NCBI GenBank assembly: GCA_030704615.1
Contig: CM060733.1
Location: forward strand, 27,962,001 to 28,026,000
Length of the DNA: 64,000 bases
Direction: 5' to 3'
Origin: Takakia lepidozioides
Taxonomy: Eukaryota; Plantae; Bryophyta
Below the pieces are notes generated by a model. It was not told where the DNA came from, searched no databases, and worked only from the letters and a program-made list of their open reading frames with translations. Both the position numbers and the translations under genes were made by a program. Position 1 is the stretch's first letter; each line of letters opens with the position of its first letter. Shown here piece by piece: positions 13,349-26,400 of the stretch.

Positions 13349-14711
13349 TCATGCTTTCACGAATTCCAAAATGAAGAGAGAATCGTCGGTGATGACAATG
13401 TCCAGGCGTGAAAATCCTGCTGCCATAGCCAGATTGCGAAATTCCTGCTCAGTGCGCTCCTTGGCGCCCGGTGGGCTGTAGGACAGCATGAAGAGGTCCA
13501 TGCGGAAGAGTACGCGAGCGCCTACCCCATGATCAACATCCCCAGGCAGCACTGATTCAACTGCTATAACCTTTCCATTGGGTGGGAGTGCCTTGTAGCA
13601 GTTCCTCAACAACTTGATGCAATCGTCATCGCTCCAGTCATGTAGTATCCACTGTTCCAATGATTCACCAGAACCCACTCTCCAGTGTCAAGGACAAGAG
13701 AAATTTCGTGCAGCATAACCGTTAGCTCATTCTTGAGTAAAGGCATGGGGAAAGAAAATTGAATTTCAGCACAGGGTCAGCAGGGTACCTTCATGAAGAT
13801 AGCATCACCCGATGGTACACTCTCAAACATGTCGCCACCTTTATGCTCCACACCTGGCCGCATGCACGGGATATAACAACTTCGATCAATTGAACATTGC
13901 AGAACAAACCAGGGACTAGCAAAATAAAAATCGGAGAAAGTGTTCAGAGCGCACCAGGAAAAGAAGGGGCAACTGCAACAACATGAGGCTGGTCGAAGTT
14001 TACACCCTGAATGTGGGGGTACTTTTTAATGATGAGGCCGAGGGAGGAGCCCCAGCCTCCCCCTACATCGATCAAGCGCTTCACATCACAGAAGCCTTGG
14101 TAGGCACCCAGGACAAGCTGAATGAAGAGGTTCGAATGGTTGGACATCGCTGTGTTGAAGACTGCATCAAAACGTGGATCTTCAGTGCTATACTCAAATA
14201 TACTCTTTCCGTGTGCCTTCTTGAAAGGTTCACTGGTGTCATCCAGAACTGTGTTGTGGAGTTGCTGCCAAGTTTCCATCATAATCTGGTCCTGGGTCAT
14301 CAAAATCACCGGTCCCGTCGAGAACCCCTCCTCATTCTTGACAAAATACTTGCTCACTGGCAGTAACCCGTAACGACGCACCATCTTGGTACCATCTGCC
14401 TGTTTCACTACAGTTTCGTTGAAGAAATCCTGGCTCGCTAGCACACGGAGAATTCGATCCAAGTAGACAGCATTGAGTCGTTTTCCAGGCATGACTTGCA
14501 GGGCGAGCTCTTCAGCTGTCAGACCGGCATCAGGTCCAGCTTTGGCTATGGTTTCAGGAACGTTCAGTAGAATGGCGGCTTTCAAAGCTTCAGGTACTGA
14601 GCTCATGGTCAAGAAGTCCATTGCTTGTAACCATGCTTTGTCAGCTACATACCGCTGCTGCTGGAATGTGCTAGACTGCCCATCACCTTCGGTGTCCACA
14701 CCCAACGGCAT
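13349..14711 (-). CDS. COMT: COMT-like O-methyltransferase, copy 2, 374 aa. Exons 13955-14711, 13789-13853, 13349-13651.
   Basis: [38 protein letters not shown]. Same intron positions as copy 1; exon lengths 757+65+303 stay in frame. Confidence 0.93.
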
Positions 14712-15111
14712 TGTTGCAAATATCCACGACAAATCTAGATTGACGTACAGACTATATCTTGCACCCAACTACACACAGGCCGTCCCAGCAGAGAGTTCTA
14801 TTTCCCCACCATACTAACACTCCTTCATTGGTTCTGTCTCACAGTTGCTACACCTGCTGGAGAATAGAATAAACTACTTTCGCGTGGTGTTAGAACAGCG
14901 GCAACAAAAGCATACGCAGCGAGCAAGGAAACACGAGAAGCAGCAAGCAGAACACTGATAGAGAGACTGTGCCACCACGAATATATGTGAAGCTGACTTT
15001 CCCTGTGGTACCCATTTTCCCATTTTGCTGACGGCATGCGCAGGTGTGATATGACTTCCCACAGCGGCGACCCTTGGGTGTGGCGTCCATGGTTGTCTCT
15101 CTCACGAGTAC

Positions 15112-15150
15112 AATATATGACGCCTCCCCAAGGAAGGCTAAATTATGGTG
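15112..15150 (-). repeat. Retroposon 3'-tail fragment shared with the SINE in the foldback element
   Basis: atatatgacgcctccccaaggaaggctaaattatgg resembles atatatgacatctcctttgggaggtgtaaattatgg at ~39776-39811. Confidence 0.5.
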
Positions 15151-15366
15151 TCTCTTGACCCCCAAGGGCTATCTTCCAGGACGCCACAAGAGGCTCTGTC
15201 CTTGCTCTTTCCTTAAGTGAACTTGGGATTGTAGTTTTTATACTTTTTCCACAGCTTCATGAATCATGCAGAGTCGCCAGCGGCTTGCCCATTCCCCAAT
15301 ACTTACGTAAAGGATAACCTAGACATTTTCTGTTTTTTCAAGTCTTTTTATATTGCAAAATTCATT

Positions 15367-17135
15367 CTATTTGCACTTGCGGCATTGATAGGAAGTTGAA
15401 ATATGATTGGACAGTTCGAAACATGCTGGAATCTGGGACCAAAATAATTTGTCGCTCCTCCTTATCTTCTCTTCAATAGCACGATCAAGTGACGAAATAT
15501 TTTCTTGCGATTGCCAAAAATCATCCTCAGAAAAATGAGATTGAACAAGAGACCTTACACAACCCCTATCAACAAGAGGAGAGTTTCTTGCAACCATTGG
15601 TCCTATCATTTCTTGGCAAACTCTAGTCCCAGAAGAACTCCCGACAACTATAATTGTGGACTCGGTTGTTGCAGAGGAAGTTTTAGCAATGACAAGAGCA
15701 GACTCGGCTACAGAAGAATTTTCGGGGAATAAATAAATATCAAGGTTTGATCTAGCACCAAGAGCATCATGAGAAAACACATCTAGTTCATTAGACACTA
15801 TATTTTGCAATGCTCGTTGAGTCACCTCATTATTTTGAGAGTTGTATCTCATGTAACCCTCCACAGAATTGTGACCGGTTAAATAGACTTTCCAGGTGTA
15901 TGAACGCCCGTTGCATTCAACCGAATAACTACAGTTACGCTTGTTCGAAAAGAACCCCTTGTTGCAGTTTGGTAGATTTTCCAGAAGTGTGGCCAACCAC
16001 TTCACCTTAGTCTTTAGTCCCACCCTAGACTTGCTGTACCGCTGAAAACAACACCATTGAATTATATTTCAATTTGCTACTGCAGTATAAGTGTCAATTC
16101 ATGCTATTTAGTACACACAATATCAACATTATTCTTTGATAATGAGCTAAACTCATTGTCAAGCTTATATAAATAGGCAGCCTCATTAAAAGTTGAAAGG
16201 AGAAAAATAAAATACAATATACCACGGCGGGATCTCTCAAGTTTCCATCAATATTAGCATGGAGGAATAGGGGTTAGGCTTCGATTCTATCGAGAGAGGT
16301 TGGTGATCAAACAATGTTCAGTGTCAACAACATCGATGATTGTTGAATAGATAGGTTTTCGTAAATGCTCAGGTTGGCAATGACCTAAGTCGATTTTGTG
16401 GTGAATCTTCGACTCTCTTTCATCAAACCTCATATACTTTCGACCATCTCGTGAGACATCGAAGGTGAAATCAGAATCATCTAGATGATATAATTCAACC
16501 TAAGCCCTCATCCCAAAGTTTCTGCAAGAGAAGCTAGATCATCTGACAACCTCTATCATTAGTCCTCTAGGTTAGAGGAAGAGCAAGCAAAGCGCGCTCA
16601 GCATCTGCGGTCAATGCATTGGCTACGCGTCTCTTGCGGCCAATGCCAAGTCTGGAGGAACGAACGACTGCTGTTTTATAAGAGGTACACACATTCAAAA
16701 AACGTTTATCAAGAAGCATATTGAATTTTTCCACAGGATCACCAGTCTTTATCATGGCTATCTCGTCTAGTCTTTGGCATATACATCTTCCAATTACTCG
16801 TAGGAGGGCAACTAATATATGCACAAATAAATCAACTCAAGTATTAGAAGATTGCGATACAAAATGGATCACAAATGATAATGCAATAGAGAGTAAGATT
16901 GGAATAAAGAGTTTAATTTATGTTTCACCTGGGTATAAGGCGTTGTCATTCTTTTGTACTTGAAGGAAGAACTCGACCAAAGGGTCAATCAAACTCTTGA
17001 TATCAGTTTGATACAAATCACCAATCGAAAGTTGCGAAGATATATTTTTGAACTGTCTCCGAGCATAAAACAATTCGCAGCCCATTGATCCATCTATTTT
17101 TAATTTATTTCACCTAATCCATTTCCTACGATAGC
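15367..17135 (-). mobile_element. Degenerate intron-containing Crypton-like (DUF3504-type) tyrosine recombinase, 3' part
   Basis: Motifs in order: MDQWAANCF (17067-17093), LVEFFLQVQKNDNALYP (16930-16980), FNMLLDKRF...GIGRKRRVANALTADAERALL, RNFGMRA (catalytic R, 16506-16520), DGRKYMRFDERESK, RYSKSRVGLKT, GFFSNK..VTVVIRLNATGV, LTGHNSVEGYMRY (H 15871-15879, Y ~15844). Several stops and frameshifts; probable introns at ~16813-16928 and ~16042-16220. Confidence 0.75.
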
Positions 17136-17742
17136 TGTCAAGGACGAGAACATGACAGAACACAAATAAGAGATCAGACTAGAGGTACAAGACTAGACAA
17201 GAAGTCAAGGTCGGCGTGGCCAAATGCATGGTAGGTGAACATGAATCAAGATGATCTTTATAACAATGGACAAGAGTATAAAATATTGGAATTCGACTCG
17301 GATACTGGAATGCTGGAAACTGGACTTGATACTGGAAGCTGGACTGGAGTACTGGACTTGGAACAAGAGTAGCTTGAACTTGTGTTGGCGAGACTGAAGA
17401 GTGTCCAGTCTCGCCTCCTATATATACTGGCTACTAAGAAGCTTCCCCAAGAAGCTTCCCCAAGAAGCTTCCCCTATGAAGGTTTATTGCTGGAGAAGTT
17501 TCTAAGATTAAACAAAGGTTACTTGATGGAGAAGCTTCCTTAAACAAAGGAGGTATCTTGATGGAGAAGTTTCTTCCAAAGGAAGCTTCCTGAGTAGTTT
17601 CCCAAGTTACTCTTGGTAATTTGGTAAACTCTCGGTAATTTGATAAGTAATGGTAAATCACGGTAAATCATGGTAATTTTCGGTAACATGGTAACTTCTG
17701 GTATTTACTCCAGGTAAGTTCCTCTGGGCTATGTCCGTGACA
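17136..17742 (-). repeat. 3' LTR (607 bp) with adjacent PPT at 17743-17758
   Basis: tgtcaaggacgag...gtccgtgaca. On the minus strand agaggagggggtga precedes the LTR. Confidence 0.93.
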
Positions 17743-20700
17743 TCACCCCCTCCTCTAGCGCCGAGTTCATCGAGGAACGGTAAAATCTTGGACTTGTTTA
17801 GAGTTGGAGAAAATCCAAAATCCGACGAATGGTACTTGCCAAGTATTCGGCTCTTCGTTCTTGACTCAAATGATTTATAGGTCCATGTAACCATCGATAG
17901 TGTCCAACACCTTGAACTTGGGACCACGAAGTAATTTGAGCATTCTGATTTTCGAAGCTGCCTTCAAACATGATTTCGTTGCCCTCTAGGTCCGAAGCCT
18001 CAACCTCCAACAGAATTATCAGACTTTGAGTAGGCACCACTTGCCGTCGTACGGGGTCCAGACGAGGAAGTATGCGTCGCATTGGTGGCCCACCGTCTTG
18101 AGAGCGTCGGCGTGATGTTGAAGGTCGTGAGAGTCAAAACGGCTGATCTGGTAGTTGGGTAAGCGACAACTTCAATGTATCTGGTTCTTGTGACTCCATG
18201 CTGCCAATACAAGATGCAAGAGTGCTGGAAGTGTAGCTATATATACTGATGTGTGGTGCTCCTCCCTCCTTAGCGTGTATCAGGTACATTGAATGTGGAG
18301 TCTTCTCCTTGAAGCTAGCTTGACTGACATCATCGTTGTGACGTCTCATTGACGTGTAGCTCGGGGCTTAGCTGGATATCGTTGATGAAACTTTTGGACT
18401 TTGTCAGAGGCATTGACGAGGTTGGATGAAGGTTCCCACGTTCGTTCGCTGATGTCATAGCCTTTCCAATGTACGAAATACTCAAGACGTTTATACTTGA
18501 TGCGAGAGTCTAGGACTTCGTCGACTTCATACTCAATTTCCTTATTGACTTCGAAGGTGGTACAGAAACTCTCATTGGAATATTCGATGGATGATACAAC
18601 TCCAATAGTGAAACATGAAAGACTGGATGGATGCGCATACTTCGTGGGAGTTCAAGCCGAAAACTGACCGGATTTATTTGTCGAATAATTTTGAATGGTC
18701 CCAGGTGTTGATAATCCAACTTCTTTGATGGTCGCGAGGTTTGTATGTCCCGTCGAAGAAGCCACACATGATCTCCGACCTTGAACTGAGGTTGGAGTTG
18801 GCGACGTTGATCTGTATACTCCTTGTATTATTTTTGAGCTTCTGCGAGGTGGGATGTAAGCTCCTTGTGAATCGTAGCAAGATGAGTAGCAAGGTTTCCT
18901 TGCAGCAGGGCTTCCAATAGTTTTCATGTGGAAAGGGTTTGCTCGAGGATAATGATCATAATTGGAGAAAAATGGAGTTTGCTTGGTTGAAGAATGTATA
19001 GTGTTGTTGTAAGCAAACTCAGCCAATGACAGAAGGTCCGTCCAATTATCTTGGTGATAATTTATCGTACAGCGAAGATACTGCTCCAAAATCTGGTTTA
19101 CACGTTCGATTTAACCATCAGTATGTGGATGATTAGCTGTAGAGAGGTTGATCTTAGTATCCAATATGTGAAATAATCCCCTCCAGAAATTTGATATGAA
19201 CTGTGGTCCTCGATCAGATACGATGTCCTTCGGGAGTCCATGAATGCGGTAGATATTATTGAGGAAGAATCTTGCAGTTTCCTCTTATTACATTGAATGA
19301 AATGTGTCATTTTCGTAAAATGTTTTACAATAACAAGGATTGAATCGGTGGTCTTGGAAATTGGAAGGTCCGTAATAAAGTCCATAGACACGGACGACCA
19401 TGGACCCTTGGGAATGGGTAATGGTTGAAGAAGGCCATATGGTCGATGTCGTGATCCCTTCGCTCTAGCACACGTGTCGCAAGATTTTATAAATTCTTTC
19501 ACGAGTTTCCACATCTGCGACCACCAATAGTCCCTGGCCCATCAACTCCAATGTTTTGTTGAAGCCGAAATGTCATGCAGCCGGAAGATCATGACATATT
19601 TGAAGAATTCGAAGTCGTATAGGTCCTGGAGGTACATAGAGAAGTCCCTTGAAGTAAAGTAAACCATCTTTGAATTCGAAGTCGTTTGTAACATGTGGGT
19701 TGTCTCGAGGTTGATTTAGTTGACTTCGTAGTGTCGTAGCAAAATGGTCGCTCTTCAATGCTTCTTGAATCTCCTTTATGATCTTTGCATCGTTATAGGT
19801 GGACATGGATAGCATATTCAATTAGAGATTTGCTGGTTTCAGGATGATGGATTTTTGTTGATCAAAAAGCTGCATCCCCTTTTTTTGGCGCAAGATACGA
19901 TCGTCGAGAAAGAGCATTTGGTTTTCCTTGAAGGTGTCCGAGACAGTAGGTAATAACAAAATCAAAACTTGCTAGTGACATACTCCATCTCGCTTGACGT
20001 CGATTCAAAACACGAGCACTCATAAAATATTCGAGGTTTTTGTGATCGGTATAGACAGTGACCTGATGTTTAGCTCCCTCCAATAGATGTCGCCACTCCT
20101 CAAAAACATCGATAATCGCTAGAAGTTCTTTGTCATGGATTTCATAATTGATCTCCGCAGCAGAAAATTTGCGAGAACGAAAACCAACAGGGTGGAGTCG
20201 GTCATCTGTACCGTATTGAGAGAGTACCGCGCCAAGTGCAAAGTCCGATGCATCTGTTTTTAAGAAGAATGGTTTAGATAGGTCTGCATGTACCAGTATG
20301 GGAGCCGTTGTAAATGTCTGCTTCAGCTTTTCAAATGCCTGGTCAGCCTTCTCGTCCCATACAAATTTGTCATTCCCTGTGAGTCGTGTCAATGGTGCAG
20401 CAATTTTGGAGTAGTCATTGATGAAGATTATATAAAATTTTGCAAAGCCCAGAAAACATTGTACATTCCGGACCGAAGTTGGTTTAATCCACTCGATGAT
20501 GGTATGTATTTTCTTCTGATCCATAAAGAAGCTTTTGTCGGAAATATTGTAGCCCAGAAATTCGACCTGAGATTGATGGAAAAGACATTTCTCCAACTTG
20601 GCATATAGTCTTTTTTCTCTTAATTTATCAAGGGCAAGACGTACATGGCGGCCATGTTCTTCTTCATTCTGTGAAAATATCAAAATGTCGTCCAAATAGA

Positions 20701-21714
20701 TGACTACAAAGTCATCTAAAAATTCTCAAAAGATGTCATTCATCATATGTTGGAAAATTGCTGGAGCATTTGTAAAATCGAAAGGCATAACACTGTATTC
20801 AAAATGTCCATACCTTGTTCGAAAAGTTGTTTTCTATTCGTCTCAATCTGCATATGATCACTACTGGATATCTGATGGATCGTTGTGTTTGGTGTCATAG
20901 TAGCAGTGGCATGATGCGTCGTAGACCATCCAGATCGCTTCTCTTGACGTCTTTCGAACAAACGATTATCGCATGCAATGACTTGGGTGACGAATTCACT
21001 CAGTGTGCTCATGTTTGATATTGTCAGCAACAAATCTTTTATATCATCTTTTAGCCCACATCGAAACTGACTAATGAGGCTCTTCTCATTCTAGTCGAGG
21101 TCGCACGCAAGTTGTCAAAATTTGGCAGCATAAACGGAAGCAGGACGTGCTCCTTGTCGAAGATTTCGCATCTTTGTTTCTGCAACTCTCTCTCTATCAT
21201 TTTCTCCAAACGTTGCAGTGAACTCGGACATAAATGCTTCAAAATTGTATAGTAAATGCGAATTTTTTTCTATTAGCGGTGCAAACCTAGATAGGGCAGT
21301 GTCTGACAGAAGGGTGCCCACGAATCCCACTTGAATACCTTCATCGGGATAGCGTTGTAGATGTAGTCGTAGGAACAATCGTACTTGTTGAACAAAACCG
21401 CAAAATCTTGATCTCGTCCCATCAAATTTCTCGGGCATGCTAATCTTTGGTTATCTCGTAATCTGTTGAAGATGAACCGTTGCAATAGGAGCTGTTGCAG
21501 TAGGGACTCGTATGGTTGAAGATCCATTGTTCGACTTCTTTAACTCTGAAATTTGTTGTTGCAAATTGTGGAGAGCGTTGCCAAGATCTTCAGACTGATC
21601 AGCTTGCAATTGGGCGGTAGATGTACGAAGTTCTTGCATCTGGAGCTGAGGACTCTGCAATGTGGTGACCATTTCTGCAAATGTGCCTTCGATCTTAACT
21701 AACTAAAGAACAAA

Positions 21715-21731
21715 CTTCAGTCTCGTCAAAC
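21715..21731 (-). promoter_or_regulatory. Self-priming (Tf1-type) primer-binding site
   Basis: cttcagtctcgtcaa (21715-21729) is an inverted repeat, with 1 mismatch, of ttggcgagactgaag (21989-22003), which lies ~20 nt downstream of the LTR TATA on the minus strand. No TGG-type tRNA PBS. Confidence 0.7.
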
Positions 21732-22068
21732 TGTAAAGGACGAGAACATGACAGAACACAAACAAGAAATCAGACTAGAGGTACAAGACTAGACAAGAAG
21801 TCAAGGTCGGCGTGGCTAAATGTATGGTAGGTGAACATGAATCAAGATGATCTTTATAACAATGGACAAGAGTACAAAATACTGGAACTCGACTCGGATA
21901 CTGGAATGCTAGAAACTGGACTGGAATACCAGATACTGGAAACTGGACTGGAGTACTGGACTTGGAACAAGAGTAGCTTGAACTTGTGTTGGCGAGACTG
22001 AAGAATGTCCAGTCTCGCCTCCTATATATACTGGCTACTAAGAAGCTTCCCCAAGAAGCTTCCCCTAT
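21732..22068 (-). repeat. 5' LTR, left part (interrupted by the CACTA element)
   Basis: Matches 17136-17477 up to ...cttcccctat. Confidence 0.92.
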
Positions 22069-22729
22069 CATTAGAAGAGAAACCGGCTTTTTCCACGGCT
22101 TTTTCCACACTTTTTGCTGTGGAATTAGCCGCAGTCCACACCTGCCGTGGGTGTAAGGAACGACTAATGCTTTCTGACATCCCGTGGACGGCCTGGCTCT
22201 CGGGTAGCCCTGTGGAAAAGTCCACGGGTGGCTTTTTCCACGGGAGGTTTTTTCCATGGATGGGGTTTTTTCACGGGGTGCATGGTGACATGGCCGCTGA
22301 CATGGCCGATGGCATAGCTGACATGGCAGAGTGTGAAAAAGGCCAGTGTGGCATGTTTCACGGCGGATTTCACACCTTGAACAAGCCACTATGCGACACG
22401 TGTCATATTTCACACCTTCGACAAGTCACTATGCAACACGTGTTCGTTCCTGTGTGGTGGTACACATTAATTAATTAATATTTGTTTTCCAATATTAAGT
22501 TTGAATATTAATGGATTTAATTTATTATTATTATTATTATAGGAAAAATGGACAGTGGCCTGGATGAGAACATTATTAAATAACAAAATATTGAAATTAT
22601 GTTTTTAGAAATTATATTTATTCGCTCAGATACCAAAACACACCCTTTGCAGGGAAGGAGAGTTTGTCTTAGTGTCTATGCTTAGTTGCGTCTCCTACTC
22701 TTTGTAATCTAATAGACATTCACCTTTTT

Positions 22730-23480
22730 CCCTCGGTTGTCCCACCTTGACTGCGATCAGAAAAGCATTCATTCCACAGCTTCTCCTCATCTCTGTTACA
22801 TGTTTCTGGATACTTTCCTATTGTCACTTTGGCAGTATTATGTCAAAATCACTCCAAACTATGTACCATCTACCCATGCAGGTTTCTTGTAGCTAACCCT
22901 CCACAGGGACTCATAAGTAATCTAGAGCTTGAAATCTGGCCCTCTTGGATGACACTCTATCCATGCTCCTTCAGCTATCCATGCCTCTGCACAGATCATG
23001 CATACATCCTTGCATTGTTGTTAGCAGCTGACAATGGCAGCCTAGATTTGTTCCAGCAAACACCCAACTCAACTTATCACACCAGTTCCTATTCTCAATT
23101 GCATCTACCACTCTGTAATCCAAAAGCATTTACCTTCCAAGACGGTTGTCCCAACATTGACTGGGGTCAGAAAAGTATTCATTCCACAGCTTCTCCTCTC
23201 TGTTACCTATTTCTGGATACTTTCCTATTGTCACTTTGGTAGTATCATGTCAAAGTCACTCCAAACTATCAAAGGTTCACTCAACCAGCTAACTTGCAGA
23301 ATTCTTAAAACATGAAAATTTAGGGCGATTCTGATAAGAGGGGAAAACAGAGTGAAATGGGTTGAAGAAGGTGCCTTGATTAGCATTGCCTGATTTTATC
23401 AATTGTGCCGCTGCTGCTGCGGCTTCCAGTTGACCATCTACCCATGCAGGTTTCTTGGAGCTATTTTTCCACGAGGAATC
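22730..23480 (-). pseudogene. Captured OSB-type PDF-motif fragments
   Basis: EEKLWNEYFSDPSQCWDNRLG (23137-23198), GPDFKL*ITYESLWRVSYKKPAWVDG (22864-22942), a second EEKLWNECFSD (22756-22788), and SWKNSSKKPAWVDGQL (~23425-23475). Confidence 0.7.
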
Positions 23481-23499
23481 ACCCATTCCCGCATCATTG

Positions 23500-26400
23500 C
23501 TCATAGGTCTCCAAAGCCTCCATCCGCGCCCTTGTTGTGCATATCCTGCAATCATCGCACTCCACGACACCACTTCTCGTTCAACCATACTGTCAAACAC
23601 TTCCTTTGCATCCTCGATGCACCCACATTTGGCATACATGCAGTCCACCAGGGCAGTGTTCAGAATGATATTGGGTACAATTCCAGATTTGACGATGTCA
23701 CCATGGACCTCTTTGCCCTTTTCCAAAGCTCCCAGGCTTGCACATGCATTACAAACAAATGTGATGTGGTTGGGCTTCACCCCTTCGCGCAGTAGTTGCT
23801 CATAGGTCTCCAAAGCATTCCTACCACACCCATGTTAAATCCTGCCAACATTATATTCAACGTGATCAAAGTTCGTTGAGGCATTCCGTTGAACACTCGG
23901 TGTGCATTCATGATGCTCCTGCACTTAACATACATGTTCACAAGGGGGTTGAGGAGAAAAACACTTGGTGTGAATCCACTTTGGATAATGTGACTGAAAT
24001 GCTCCTTGGTTTAAAGGTTGTAGAGCCTCTTTCAGTCTGCCTGCCTCACAAAACATCTTCACATGCCCAGAAGAGCAAGAAGAGGCATTATGGACTCCCT
24101 CTCTTGATCCTCTTTTAGAAGCTGTGGTATGGTTGAGGTGCCTGATTTAAATCAGGGCTGCCAGGCCTGCAATGCATACAAACATGATGTGGCCGGGCTG
24201 AACCCCTTCTCCCATCATTTGCTCATAGGTCTCCAAAGCCTCCATCCCACGTCCCTGCTGTGCATACCCTGCAAGCATCGCACTCCACGATACCACATCT
24301 CGTTCAGCCATAGTGTTGAACACTCCCTTTGCATCCCCGATGCACCCACATTTTGTCTACATATCCACTAGGGTATTGTTCAAAATGACATTTGGTACAA
24401 TTCCAGCTCTGAAGGTGTCACCATGGACCTCCTTCCCCTTTTCCAGAGCTGCTAGGGCAGTGTTTCGAATGACATTAGGTACAATTCCAGCTTTGATGAT
24501 ATCCCCATGCACCTCTTTGCCCTTCTCCAGGGCTGCCAGGCTTGCAATGCATACAAACATGATGTGGCCGGGCTGGACTCCTTCCCCCTTCAGTTGCTCA
24601 TAGGTCTCCAAAGCCTCCATCCCACGTCCCTGCTGTGCATACCCTGCAAGCATCGCACTCCACGACACCACATCTCGTTCAGCCATAGTGTTGAACACTC
24701 CCTTTGTATCCCCGATGCACCCACATTTTGCATATATGTCCACTAGGGTATTGTTCAGAATGACATTTGGTACAATTCCAGCTCTGAAGATGTCACCACG
24801 GACCTCCTTCCCCTTTTCCAGAGCTGCCAGGGCAGTGTATGGAATGACATTAGGTACAATTCTAGCTTTGATGATATCCCCATGCACCTCTTTACCCTTG
24901 TCCAGGGCTGCCAGGCCTACAATGCACACAAACATGATGTGGCTGGGCTGGACCCCTTCCCCCATCACTTGCTCATAGGTCTCCAAAGCCTCCATCCCAC
25001 GTCCCTATTGTGCATACCCTGCAAGCATCGCACTCCACGACACCACATCTCGTTCAGCCATAGTGTTGAACACTCCATTTGCATCCCCGATGCACCCTTA
25101 TTTTGCCTACACATCCACTAGGGTATTGTTCAAAATGACATTTGGTACAATTCCGGCTCTGAAGGTGTCACCATGGACCTCATTCCCTTTTTCCAGAGCT
25201 GCCAGGGCAGTACAATTCCAGCTTTGATGATATCCCTATGCACCTCTTTGCCCTTCTCCAGGGCTGCTAGGCCTGCAATGCATACAAACATGATGTGGTC
25301 GGGCTGGACCCCTTCCCCCTTCAGTTGCTCATAGGTTTCCAAAGCCTCCATTCCCTTCCCTGCTTTGCATACCGTGCAAGCATCGCACTCAACGACACCA
25401 CATCTCGTTCAACCATAGTGTTGAACACTCCCTTTGCATCCTCGATGCACCCACATTTTGCATACATGTCCACTAGGGTATTGTTCAAAATGACATTTGG
25501 TACAATTCCAGCTCTGAAGGTGTCACCATGGAACTGCCAGGGCAGTGTTTCAAATGACATTAGGTACAATTCCAGCTTTGATGATATTCCCATGCATCTC
25601 TTTGCCCTTCTCCAGGGCTGCCAGGCCTGCAATGTATACAAACATAATGTGGCCGGGCTGGACCCCTTCCCCCATCATTTGCTCATAGGTCTCCAAAGCC
25701 TCCATCCCACGTCCCTGCTGTGCATACCCTGCAAGCATCGCACTCCACGACACCACATCTCGTTCAGCCATAGTGTTGAACACTCCCTTTGCATCCCCGA
25801 TGCACCCACATTTTGCATACATGTCCACTAGGGTATTGTTCAGAATGACATTTGGTACAATTCCAGCTCTGAAGATGTCACCACGGACCTCCTTCCCCTT
25901 TTCCAGAGCTGCCAGGGCAGTGTTTAGAATGACATTAGGTACAATTCCAGCTTTGATGATATCCCCATGCACCTCTTTACCCTTCTCAAGGGTTGTCAGG
26001 CTTGCACAAGCATTGCAATGCACACAAACATGATGTGAGAGGGCAAAACAAGTTGAAATAGGTCAAAGAATAAGATGCCCTCACCACATTGTCCTTGAGG
26101 TTGTCTCATGACTTGACCGACCATCAACCCAAAAGGACCTCTTGTGTGTGCTGCTTGTGTCTGTAGTCAGGTAATGTCGGATTGGTCTGTGAGATCGAAC
26201 CACCACGGTGTAGCTGAGTAGGCAGAAATTGAAACACGGCCTGTTATGACCAAGCTAACTCTCCCAAGAACGGCAAGCTCGCAAGAATGTTGCGAGCTTC
26301 TCCTTGTCTCATCTCCTCCTCCTCTCCTCCTTCCTGCTTCATTTGCTCAACGCCTCCATCCCACGCCCCTGCATATCCTGCGATCATCGCGTTCCATCCC
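23500..26400 (-). pseudogene. Captured PLS-class PPR gene fragments, about 5 tandem ~375-bp units (24150-26030)
   Basis: Repeated VVSWSAMLAGYAQQGRGMEALETYEQ..EGVQP / ALEKGKEVHGDIIKAGIVPNV / NTLVDMYAKCGCIGDAKGVFNTMAER. ORF offsets are exactly 375 (24313 to 24688, 24507 to 24882). FCEAGRLKEAL N-terminal motif at ~24030; frameshifts present. Confidence 0.9.
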
